A stretch of 64,000 bases of DNA, from assembly GCF_035084215.1 (NCBI RefSeq), contig NC_090340.1:5332001-5396000 (forward strand). Direction: 5' to 3'. Source of the stretch: Heptranchias perlo (lineage: Eukaryota). The position numbers were made by a program, and so were the translations under genes. This document shows, in pieces, positions 40,301 to 52,080 of this stretch. Below the pieces are notes generated by a model. It was not told where the DNA came from. It made no database searches and saw nothing but the letters and a program-made list of their open reading frames with translations. Position 1 is the first letter of the stretch, and each line of letters begins with the position of its first letter.

Positions 40301-41810
40301 AGCAATACACCCTCGGTTACTGAGGGAAGTAAGGGTGAAAATTGTGGAGGATCTCGTCACAATCATCCTAACCTAATTAGATATGGGGCCCGTGCAAGAG
40401 GGCTGGTGGATTGCAAATGATACATCTCTGTTCAAAAAATGGGGAGATGGATAAACCCAGTAATTACAGACCAGTCGGCCTAAAGTCTATGGTGGCAAAC
40501 CTTTAGAGACAATAATTGGAGACAAAATTATTTGTCACTTGGAATAGTATGGGCTAATCAATTAAAGTCAGATCGCATTTGTTAAAGGAAATCGTGTTTG
40601 ACTAACGTGATTGAATTATTTGATGAAGTAAAGGAGAGGGTTGATGAAGATAGTACGGTTGATGCGTATATGGACGGTCAAAAGATATTTGATTAAGCAC
40701 CACGTAATAGAATTGTTTGCAGATTTAAATGCCATACGATTAAAGCGACAATGGGAGCGTGGATACAAAATTGGCTAACGGACAGAAAGCATAGGATTCG
40801 TAGTTAACTGTTGTTTTTCAGACTGGAGGGAATTATAAAGTAGCATTTCCCGGCGGTCGGTATTGGGACCACTGCACTTTCTGATGTATATTAATGACTT
40901 GGACTTGGGTATACAGGGTATAAGTTCAAAGGTTGCAGATAATACGAAACTCGGATATGTGGTAAATTATGTGGAGGATAGTAACAAACTTTAGGAGGAC
41001 ATAGACAAACTAGTGAAATGAACCGATACATGAAATTTGACGCAGAGAGGTGTGAAGTGATCCATTTTCGTAGGAAGAATGTGAAGAGGCAAAATAAACT
41101 GAATGGTACAATTTTAACGGGAGTGCAAGAGCAAAGAGACCTAAGGTATTTTTGAAGGTGGCAGGACAAGTTAAGAAGGCTGTTAAAAAAATCATATGGC
41201 ATACTCGGCTTTGTTAATATAGGCATAGAGTTTAAAGCAAGAAAGTTATGCTAAACCATTATAACACACTGCTTAGGTCTCAGCTGGAGTATTGTGTTCA
41301 ATTCTGGCCACCACACTTCAGGAAGGATGTCATGGACTTAGAGAGAGTGAAGAAGAGATTTACGAGAATGGTACCAGGGATGAGGGACCTCAGTTATGTG
41401 GAGAGACTGAAGAATCTGGGGTTGTTCTCCTTACAGCAGAGAAAGTTCAGAGGAGATATGATAGAATTGTTCAAAATCATGAACAGTGTTGATAGAGTCC
41501 ATAAGGAGAAACAGTTTCCAATGGCAGAAGGCTCGATAACCAGAGGACACAGATTTAAGGTTATTGACAGAATAACCAGTGGTGACATGCAGCCAGTTTT
41601 TATGACCTTGAATGCACTGCCTGAAATTGTGGTGGAAGCAGATTCAACAGTAACTTTCAAAAAGGATTTGCATAAACACTTGAACTGAAAAAAAAATCAG
41701 GGCTATGGGGAATGGGTGGGGGAGTGGGTCTAATCGGACAGCATACCAAAGAACCGGCACAGGCACAATGGGCCGAATGGCGTCCTTGTGTGCCGTGTCA
41801 TGTTATGATA
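37365..41810 (+). mobile_element. Near full-length degenerate CR1 LINE
   Basis: ORF1 with CNSC...CRKC zinc finger and SGNH esterase (37963-38880); endonuclease 39005-39666; RT to 41688; 3' UTR GGGCCGAATGG. Confidence 0.95.
37920..37941. repeat. (TA)n microsatellite
   Basis: Read directly from the sequence. Confidence 0.9.
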
Positions 41811-41829
41811 TTAATTGTGTTCTTACAGA

Positions 41830-42145
41830 CGATTGAAGGACTGAAAGCGTAGCTCGAGACAAGCTATTTCCTCTGTTTGTGGAATCGAGAAAAAGGGGGC
41901 ATAGCCTTAAAATGAGAGCTTGGCCGTTGAAAGGTGATGTCAGGAAGCATTTCTTCAGACAACGGTCTGAGGGTAGGTCAATTGTAAATTTCAAATCGCA
42001 GATTGATAGTTATTTTTTAGGCAAGGTTATTAACGGGTTTGGTACCAAAATAGTTAAATCGAGTTAAGATACCGATCAGCCATGATCTAATTGAATGGTG
42101 GGACAGCCTCGCGGGACTGAATGGCCCACTCCTGTCCTTATATGA
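41830..42145 (+). mobile_element. CR1 3' fragment
   Basis: RGHSLKMRAWPLKGDVRKHFF; GATCAGCCATGATCT...GAATGGCC 3' UTR. Confidence 0.85.
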
Positions 42146-43119
42146 CACAGACGCGACAAGATTAAGGAAACAGTTCAGCAGATCTCATTGGCAATATTTG
42201 AATTTGTAATTAAAATGAATTTTATCGGCCAACAATAAACCCTCTTATTTTCTGAATATTGAACGAACAACCCCCGCAAAAGTTAGCTCATTCGCACAGT
42301 GTGATTCAAACCACATTCAGCAGTGTTAAATTTAATGTGTGGGCGTTCGATTTGTCACCCTTACTGCTGCAATATACCCACAGGAAGTAGATAAGCTTTC
42401 AGGTGTACTGTTTGTTTCGCTAGACTTGAACGTCTTACCAAGTATTGATTCTATTACAATGGCATTGTAATAAACAAAGGAAATGGTTTATTGCCTCATC
42501 GCACGCACTAACAGTCGAACTATTAAATTGCAGCCGTTAGTTGCAACATAATGGAACATACCGTATTGCTGTTGTACATCATGTGCCTCCACAAAATTTC
42601 CGCAGTTAACAGCGACCTACTTTCATTGTTTTTGTTTTTCCATGACCCTAAGGCCAAAAAAGTACGCGCTGTGCACCAATTTCAGTTCCGAACTTTCCTG
42701 CTTCCACCGATCCTCAAATCCCCCACACTATTTTGTTAACGCTCGAAATCGTACCACACGACACCATCGTTCTGGTTTTCATCCCTTTCGTACCGTCTCC
42801 TCAGTCCGCCGCTTTATGGAGCCATTAACCTTTATACTTTGAACTGGTTAACTGATTTTGTTTGCAAGGCAACAACAAGGCTGCTACAGAATACATTTCC
42901 TTCAATAACAGAATCTCTTGCAATCAAAATTATTGCTACAGGGTTTTACATTGAGCGACAGAGAAATTGTCATATCGATTCCCTTAATGTATTCTAAACA
43001 ACGATCCAAAATATCCGAACAATAGAATTAAAGTGCAGCTTGTTACTTTGAACTACTTTATAATCGTACACGTTTCAAAGGGAATGGCAAAGGTTTGTGT
43101 TCTAGCCGCTGTTGGAATG

Positions 43120-44185
43120 AAAGAATCATAGACTGGTTACAGTACAGAAGGAGCCGTGCCGGCTCTCTGCAAGATCAATCCAGTTAGTCCCACTCCCTCA
43201 CCCTTGCCCCGTGGCTCTGCAAATTTTGTTCCTTCAAGTACTTATCCAATTCCCTTTTGAAAGCCATGATTGAATCTGCCTCCACTCTCCTTTTAGGCAA
43301 TGCATTCCAGATCGTAACCACTCCCTGCGTAAAGAAGTTTTTCCTCGTGTCGCCTTTGTTTCTTTTGCCAGTTACCTTAAATCCGCGTCGTCTGGTTCTC
43401 GAACCTTCTGCCAATGTTTTCAGCTGCTCTCTATCTACTCTGTCTGGACTCCTCATGATTTTGAACACCTCTATCTAATCTCCTCTCAACCTTCTTGCTC
43501 TAAGGTGAAAAAACCCAGCTTCTCCAAACTATCCAGCTAATTGAAGTCCCTCAAGCCTCGAAACATTCTGTGAAATCTTTTCTGCACCCTCTCTAAGGCC
43601 TTCACATCCTTCCTAAAGTGCTATGCCCAGAGTTGGACACAATACTCCAGTTGTGGCAGAACCAGTGTTTGAGAAAGGAAGATCATAACTTCCCTGTTTT
43701 TGTAATCTATGCCTCCATTTATAAAGCCCAAGATCCCGTATGCTTTTTTTAACTGGTTTCTCAACTTGCCAACTTCAGCGATTTGTGCACATATACACCC
43801 AGGACTCTCTGTTAGTGCAACAAGTTTAGAATTGTATCCTTCAGTTTATATTGCCTCTCCTCGTTCTTCCTATCAAAATGTATCAAGTCCCATTTCTCTG
43901 AGTTAAACTTCATATGCCACGTGTCCGTCTATTGCCCCAGCCTGCCTACGTCCTCTTAAAGTCTGTAACTCTCCTCCTCTGTTCACTGCACTTCTAAGTT
44001 TTGTGTCATCTGCAAATTTTGCCTTGCATTTCCAAGTCCAAGTCGTTAATATATAAGGAGAAAAGCAGTAATCCTAGTACCGACCGCAGGGGAACAACAC
44101 TCTATATCTTATTCCTGTCCAAAAAGAACCGTTCACCACTCTTTCCTGTTACTTAGCCAATTTCGTAACCATGCTGCCACTTATG
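43120..44185 (-). mobile_element. CR1 LINE, 3' portion
   Basis: KNFFTQGVVTIWNALP; reverse complement of KFADDTKL at about 44000. Confidence 0.9.
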
Positions 44186-44314
44186 AGATTTTACTCTCAG
44201 TGGCCAGTAATTGACCTGACTACAATTTGGTAAAAAGGTGCTTTATTGAAATTCACAAAAGGATCAACACACACAATGTTGGGGCAATAGTTAACAACAC
44301 AGAGCAAGATATTT

Positions 44315-44500
44315 TTATTATTATTATTTGTTCATGGGATGTGGACGTCGCTGGCGAGGCCAGCATTTATTCCCCATCCCAAATTGCCCTTCAGAAGGTG
44401 GTGTTGAGTCGTCTTCTTGAAACTCTGCAGTCTGTGTGGTGAGGGTTCTCCCACATGCTGTTTGGAAGGGTGTTCCAAGAATTTGACACAGCGACGAATA
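44315..44500 (-). mobile_element. 3' tail of family-B LINE
   Basis: Reverse complement of the conserved tail. Confidence 0.9.
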
Positions 44501-45500
44501 TCACCGATTCCGCACTGGGTAGAGTCGTGTCTCTGTAGGAATCTTGAAGAAAGTACGCTTTCCTCCCTTCCTGGGGTATCTTCTTTGATTCACACTGCTT
44601 CTGCCCCGCCAGTGGTGACCCCTTAGACTCCTTGTCCTCAGTCCTGCTCCGCTTGGAGTCACTTCTTTTTCTGGATCGTTCGTCGAAATTACTGTTTGGT
44701 TGGTCTCCAATGCTACCAGTCGTTACTCCTGCCAAGTCTCTACAACCTGATATCAGTGCAAGGTGCTGTTTTTTATGCCTCTTTTGGGGGAGTACCCAGT
44801 GTTAGCTATTGACATGGGCCCTTACCCTATTGTGGTATCCCAAAAAGGCGAGGTGTCCAATGGTCCCTCGTGTTGTTGTTTCTTTAAGGATAAAGGGTCA
44901 GCCTTCCCCACTATCTTCCACCTTTCAGCGGTCTGCATGAACAACAAGTGTCCCACCTCTGGTCTCAACCAACCATCACCTTACAGAGTGGCTTAAGACT
45001 GTATTTGCCTCACCTTATCTACTTTTTTGCCTCCGTTAAGGTTGGGAATCCATCTTTCCCCATGCCTTCTTTGACTTCTTCAGCTTCCAGGCCAGGTGTC
45101 ATGGACCAGCCTGTAAGGCTTCACTGTTTTACGACTACCCAGCATCTGATAAGAGTCCCAGCCCTAACCAAGTCACGGGTGTTTGTTTGTGGCATCTTTT
45201 AGCTAGTTCATTTAAACCTACCAGAAGACAAAATGCTAAGGCTGCCTTTCCTGCCAGTTAATGATTTTGCGAGCTTCCTGCCCTGATATTAGTCCTGCTT
45301 GATTTACACATCCAACACCAGATTATTTAACGACACAAGTTCAGATATATTTAATTTGCGACTTGTTGGTTTTTCCGAATTGTGACGTATTCACTACCAA
45401 ATAAAAGTTTTGTTCATAACTTTTAAAAACTACAAGGGGCATAGAGACCAGTCGGAAACTATCTGAATTCAGAGGTTTTTTTTTAAACTGCGTGAGGTTG

Positions 45501-45548
<48 letters not shown>
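45501..45548. repeat. (TA)n(GA)n microsatellite inside the putative LTR
   Basis: Read directly from the sequence. Confidence 0.95.
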
Positions 45549-45654
45549 TTACATACAGACACCATTACAGCTATTTCACTTGCCCACGGTACTAATGAAC
45601 AAGGGCACAAACGTACAGTCCTTGCCTTGAGGGGGAGGAGTCCTCTCTCACCCC

Positions 45655-48101
45655 TCACTTTAGTTCCCTCAGTAACTGCGTTGTTAGCAGGTGTTCAGTA
45701 CGGCGTCTTAATTTGGCAATTATACGTTTAACAATGCGAGTAACATACATTAAGTAAATGCTCAACAGGAGCTGCAATACTACAAGGAGGTGAGAGGCAA
45801 TAGGCACCTGGGAAGGACTGATATGCTTGACGCTCTCTCCCACCAGTGTGACTCCTCCTCAAGATTGTCAATATCCTCGTCTATCAGGGCATTATTCTGC
45901 CTGAGTAGGTAGAAATGTTTCAGGGAGTTGTTTAGCCGTGTTACCAAGTCCTTGGGAGTCTTCCGTGAGTTGGGGAATGTCATATCCGAAGCTGGCCACA
46001 TAAGTGTGTTAATCAGTCTTAGAGGCGTCACATATAGTCGCATTGATTTGTGTATGACCCTCGATGTTTAACAGCACCTGCTGTTCAATCTTAGAGGAAA
46101 AATGTGCCTTAAAGCATAAGCTGGAGCTAGTGATTGGGCAAGGGATATTGTCCCGATGGAGAATACTGCTAACTGCCGTGTTCATGCAATGCTGGCCCTT
46201 GCCTTGGTGGCTGTAACGCAATGAGTGTTTCCACCCTGCCCGGGCAGACACGGAACAGGTGGTACTGCCTGTGCCCCAACTGAACCGACAGTCAGGTACA
46301 TAGTGGGTGGTGAAATATTAGGGGCACAACCAGGCACCCTGAGCCCGAGCACATCCTGATAGATTGGCGGCTATCCAGATGTAATTGACAATGACTGTCA
46401 CAAAAGAGTGGGGAGGGGGGTGTTCGTGTTTTGCTAGTACTGGTCCCTGCATTACTCGTATATTCTCCACCCTGAACACTGGACTAGCCGGCTTATCACG
46501 CCTAATAAGAGGGATCCTCAGGACAAGTCCCATAAAAGATTGTCCCTCGGATGTACCCTATTAAGCCTCCTCTTCAGTCATATTTGAGGAATCCATGCGT
46601 CATGTCTGGTGTTCCATTTTTTGAAGTCTATAATGGACACCCAGTGGGTTAGGAGCCCTGATCCGATCGGGCAGAGGTTTTCCCTGGCCTGTTCGTTCAT
46701 CCACACTCCGTTCGCTGTCCAGGTGATTCTCATAGATGTCTCAGCTGAGGCGTTCTAGGTTTCTCTTATAAGGGCATTGATAGTGTGAGCGACCTGGCTC
46801 GAATGATTTAGTACATCTAAGATATTAACCTGAGTGTTGGCCCCCTCGAAGAGGGTGCCTTCCTGGATATCATCTTCTTTTCTCATGATCTCCTGCTTTT
46901 TGTAACTCAGGGTCTGTATACTGTCGGCCATATTATTTATACGCAGTGTGTTTATCCCTGCTAGGCCTTCCACTCCCGCTAGTATTTCGTCGTATTTAAG
47001 ATCCCTCCTTGTCCTTTGGTGTGCCACACCATTGTTTAGGGTGAGCTTGGCCTGGGTGTTTTGCAAGCGTGGGGCCTCTGTGCGAGTGCAGTATTTTATA
47101 TGGTGCGAGATCTCTGGGTCCTCATTTCCAACCATCCTACTATTCGTCTCCCAGAATGTCCCTATCAGTTGGTGCATCATTTCTCTGCACAGTTGTCTGT
47201 GTTCATGCTTATACCACCAGGGCAGCCCAATATTGGTCAGGTTCAGAAGGACTGGAATGGTTTCATAATTCAGGTCATTTTGGAGAACTGTATCCGTGGA
47301 GATGACAATAAATCCATTGGCTGGCCCTGGTTGTAACTTGGGGCAACCTGTATTTGTCAGTTGGTTATGGCTAGGCTTGGGCCGCGGGGGTTGGCGTAAA
47401 GATCTAAACCTCACTACATGTGCTCCTCCATTGGGGTCGCAGCGTCTGGGAAATCGTCAGTGCACACATTGTCCCTTTGGCGGGTTGATGGTACAGGGCT
47501 GGTACCTATTGGTTGAATCACTGCTCTATGCATAGCAGAGGGACGGGTTTTCACAGTCCTTTCGTGGCTTATTGTCGCTTCCCTGGTGACAGGTAGCGTT
47601 GTGGTTCCCATGGATTCTTATCGCTCGGAAGCATGGGTAAAACCCCTCATTATATGTCCAAAGGCGGGCCAGCACAAGTCTCTGCCCCTTTCCATTAATG
47701 ACTTAGCTCTTTCCTGCTCGGGGCCGTATGACTGCCGTATCCTCACCCTGTCTTCCGATAAGCTTTGGAAATTTCCCCAAAAACTACCATCCGCTGATAA
47801 ACCCTCCCATAATCCTTACACTCGCATCATATGCACACCTTGGTGCCTTCTTTGATTGTGTATGTTGTGGTGGTTGTGTGATATTACATTCTCAAAGGAG
47901 CAGTCCCTCCTGTGTGTGAAGGTTGGAAATGGAATATGGCTCTGTCCCATTTTCCAGGCTTACGTCGCCTCCCTCTACCCTCAGCATGCAGTGCGGCTGG
48001 GGAAGCTCCCCGGGGACCCACTATGTCCATGTTCCAATCAGGATTAACCACCATGGCCACCTCAGTGTGGGTCCGAATTGACCTCTCCCTGTGTCACACA
48101 T
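45655..48101 (-). pseudogene. env: env pseudogene, about 815 codons: signal peptide, Ig-like/Cys-rich domain, furin site, F-like fusion ectodomain, TM
   Basis: Acceptor TTTTATGCCTTGTAG|ATG at 48101; WPWWLILIGTW leader; RTRR at 47004-47015; heptad repeats; TM LLVVLQLLLSIYLMYV; several stops and frameshifts. Confidence 0.8.
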
Positions 48102-48855
48102 CTACAAGGCATAAAATATAATATACCAGACTACATTTGCATGAAGAGCGGTACATAGTAACATATAAACATAGCAATGCGCATAATTGTTTGGTTATCA
48201 GTTAGTGGCTATTCGTTCATGGGAGGTGGCACATTTTTCCTTTGCCTTTCCCTTATTGTCAAGTTATCCTATCCCCATGCTGACCTCGAGGCTCGCACCA
48301 TTGTCTCCAGCAGCACCGACCTTTTTCTAAATACCCAGATGCTTACTCGTAGGGTGGAATAATTTTACTTGAGTTAAAACCACCGGATCAGTGCCAAGGC
48401 ATCTCATTAATTTATTCAGCCTTTCCTGTCTTTAACTGATTGATGTGGTATCATTGACTGCTTCCCTTCTTTCCCTTTTCTGGAAACTGTACCAGTTATA
48501 CCGCTGGACTAAGTCGGGAATGGCCCTTTCCACTTAGCTTCAAAGGTGTGACCTTTTTTTTCCCCCATAATTCAGGACCATTACCACATCTCCAACCTGG
48601 TATTCAAACGGACTGATTTTTTGTCAAAGTAGCGCTTCATCTGTTCCCTGCTCTTCCAGATTTTTGCTTCCACAAACTCATTAGTCTTGTTGACATGATC
48701 TACCATTTTCTACAGCCACCGGTATTCCAATGTTCCCAAATGCAGATTTGTTGCCATGGGCCATAACAGGGGCCCAGGTGTGCGCATAAGCCTCCATATC
48801 ATAGCCTGATATGGTGTTATGCCGGTAATGCTATGAGGAGTTGATCTAATGGCCA

Positions 48856-49770
48856 TCAGGCACATAGGCAGCATTCACTGATGATTGCACAGTTCCATTC
48901 GCAACCACTCATATAAGGAAGCAGTCCGCGCCCGCATGCAGCAAGATCTGGACAACATCCAGCTTGGGATGATAAGTGGCAAGTAACATTCGCGTCAGAC
49001 ATGAGCCAGGCGATGACCATCTCCAAAAAGCGAGAGTCGAAACCACCTCCCTTTGACATTCAACGGCATTACCATCGCCGAATCCCCCACCATCAAAATC
49101 CTGGGGGTCACCATTGACCAGAAACTTAACTGGACCAGCCACATAAATAATGTGGGTACAAGAGCAGGTCAGAGGCTGGGTAAATCTGCAGCGATTGACT
49201 CACCTCCTGACTTCACAAAGGCTTTCCACCTTCTACAAGGCACAAGTCAGGAATGTGTTGGAATACTCTCCACTTGCCTGGATGAGTGCAGCTCCAACTA
49301 TACTCAAGAAACTGGACACCATGCAGGACAATGCAGCCCGCTTGATTGGCGCCCCATCCACCGCCCTAAACATTCACTCCCTTCAACACCAGCGCACCAT
49401 GGCTGCAGGGTGTAACATCCACAGGAGGCACTGCAGCAACTCGCCAAGGCTTCTTCGACAGCACCTCCAAATCCCACGACATTTACCACATAGAAGGACA
49501 AGGGCAGCAGGCACATGAGAACAACACCCCCAACACGTTCTCCTCCAAGTCACACACCATCCTGACTTGGAAATATATCGCCGTTCCTTCATAGTCACTG
49601 TGTCAAAATCCTGGAACTCCCTACCTAACAGCAATGTGGGAGTACCTTCACCACACCGACTGCTGCGGTTCAAGAAGGCGGCTCACCACCACCTTCTCAA
49701 GGGCAATAAGGGATGGGAATAAATGCTGGCCTTGCCAGCGACGCCCACATCCCATGAACGGAAAAAAAAT
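48856..49770 (+). mobile_element. 5'-truncated family-B LINE inserted in retroviral pol
   Basis: Colinear with 33345-34258; ends in an A run. Confidence 0.95.
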
Positions 49771-50409
49771 AACAGTCAAAATAACTTCCCGTGTACTGGA
49801 GGCTTTCCATCAATCCTACAAATGTTACTCTTAGATTACAGAGGCAGGGACAACATGGTGTTAATAGCATAGACAATGTGAGACCAGATAATAATGGCCT
49901 GGTTGGGGTTCTCAATTACGGCGGTCAAGAGGGCCACCACCTCGGCATATTGGTACGTGTGGGGCATTCACTTCTGCTGGATCATTCCACCGGGAATTAA
50001 TACCGCAAAGTCCGTGTATGCTGTACCCTTTTGGTGAAATAACGAACTGAAAATGTCGACGTCTGGCGCGTTTGCTGCCGGTTGTTTAAGAACTTGGTGG
50101 TCCACACAATCTAGAAGGGGTAAGGGACATTAATGCGGATCGCATAGCAGCTGAGGAAGGAGGGTCTTTTGCTTCAGGGTGACGTCAAGAGCCTGCTGCG
50201 TCAACAGCAGTGTTCAGTGGCTCACCGAGCGGATTCAACTAAGGTATCCCCAGGCTTAAGTAGCAGTTTAAGCGGCGTATGGGGAGAGTGCAGTACCGTC
50301 GATTGTAATCCCGTAATGTATGTGAGTGTTTAACCGCCTAAAACATCGCCAACAGATGAATCTCACATGAATCAGTGCCAGGGCCATTAGCATTTGCAGA
50401 CTCTATACA

Positions 50410-50850
50410 TTATTTGAAATGAAGTATCCGAATAAAGCTGTAGAAATTTGCAGATGACACCAAATTGAGTTTGAATTGAAAGGATAGAATATTAAAAAAA
50501 GAAATGTAGCTGGGTAGCTTGGGAAGATGAGCAGGTGCGTAGAACATGTTTTTTTTCTGTGGTATAATGCAAGATAATGGATCCAAAATACACTCGTTTA
50601 TAACAAACATGAGAGGGATCTGGTGCTATCACTGTAAGCTGCATGCGAACCAATAGCGCATGTGGGGTAATAGCGAAAATTAACGATACATTGATATTGT
50701 AAGCGTGAGAGATCAAAAATGTCAGGAGATGATAATAAGGCTTTACACACACTGGTACGGTCACACCTGGATATCTGTGTATAGTTGTGGTGCCCATATT
50801 AAGGCAAAGGTATCCAGGCTCGGTATCTATACAGAACTTGACAACAATCA
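50410..50850 (+). mobile_element. Decayed CR1 RT fragment within the ERV
   Basis: AAATTTGCAGATGACACCAAATTG (KFADDTKL) at about 50444. Confidence 0.7.
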
Positions 50851-52080
50851 TGGCCTAGCCCAACTGACCTTGTATGGCCCCAGTCTGAGCACCGCTGAGT
50901 AATTCAGTTACGAGATGTCACAGACTCCTACAGCGTAGGACTCAACGCCAGTGGCCATCGTGGTGATCACGCACTCCATGATAAAATGCACAGGGTCGAT
51001 GCTATGCTTGCAAACCCCTCACAATTTGATAGTGATAACCACATAATGTAATTTAGAAAAAACAACGTTTCCAAATATAATGGACGTGCAGCTGAGACCC
51101 ATCATCTGCAATTACTGCGCCATGTGGGAACTCCAGGATGCTCAATGTGTCCTGGAGAGCCACATGTGAAGAAAATGCCTCCAGTTGCTAGAACTCAAGC
51201 TGAGGTTTTCTGAGTTTAAGGGTCAGCTGGAGTGACTGCAGAGCATAAGGGAGTTTGAAGGTTTCCTGGATCGTATGTTCCAAGAGGTGGCCACGCCACA
51301 GCCATAAAAAGTTAAGGATAACAAGTAGGTGGCCATTCGAAAAGGTAGGTAGAGTCAGGCAGTGCAGGAATGTTCTGGGTGTGTGCCACTCTCAAACCGG
51401 TATTCAGCATTGAATACCAGTGAGGGTGACGACACCTCGAAGGAGTGCAGTCCTGAGCATAGCACCATGGGGCAGAGGATTGCACAGGGGCGCACAGTGC
51501 ATTATGGAAATGGAGTAATCATTTGGGATTCGATAGTCAGCGGACAGATAGGCGTTTCTGTGACCGTCGACGTGAGTCCCGCGTTATATGTTGCCTCCAT
51601 GGTGCTAGGGTAAAGGACATTATGAAGAAGGTGCAGAACATTCTGTGAGGTGAAAGGGAACAGCCAGATGTTGTGGTACATGTGGGTACGAATGACATAG
51701 AAAATAAAAGGGATGAGGTCCTGCAGTCAGAGTGTCAGGAGCTAGGAAGGAATTTAAAAAGCATGATCTAAACTCAGTAATCTCTACATTACTCCTAGTG
51801 CCACGGCTAGTGAATAAGAAGTATAAAGATACGGCAGGTGAACGCATGGCTAGAGACCTGGTGCAAGAGGGAGGGCTTGGGATTCTTGGGTCATGGGGAA
51901 CAGTTCTGGGGCAGGAGGGTCTTGTTCAAGACGGGCAGGTTACACCTCAACAGAGTTGGGACCAATGTTCTCGTGGGGAGGTTCATTAGTGCTGTGGGGA
52001 GAAGTTAAGCGAATTTAGCAGGGGGATGCGCACCAAGATGTAGCATTAGAAAGGAGAACCAAGGTGCACAAAGCATTGGG

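Larger units (their letters stand above)
45323..51025 (-). mobile_element. Decayed endogenous retrovirus, lokiretrovirus-like (pol remnants, env, PPT, LTR)
   Basis: Tether CEIHLLAMF*AVKH...LHSPHTPLKLLL (50160-50400). RNase H YQYAEVVALLTA...YAIN...DGKPPVH (49775-50110). Integrase MAIRSTPHSITGITPY...YQVGDVVMV...KWKGPF (48410-48855). env 45655-48101. Purine tract AAGGCAAGGAC followed by TGT at 45617. Confidence 0.85.

Noticed and set aside
45655-47414. Gamma/epsilon-type Env or a domesticated syncytin-like gene
   Set aside because: No CX6CC or ISD motif seen, the post-cleavage ectodomain is too long, and multiple stops and frameshifts argue against domestication.
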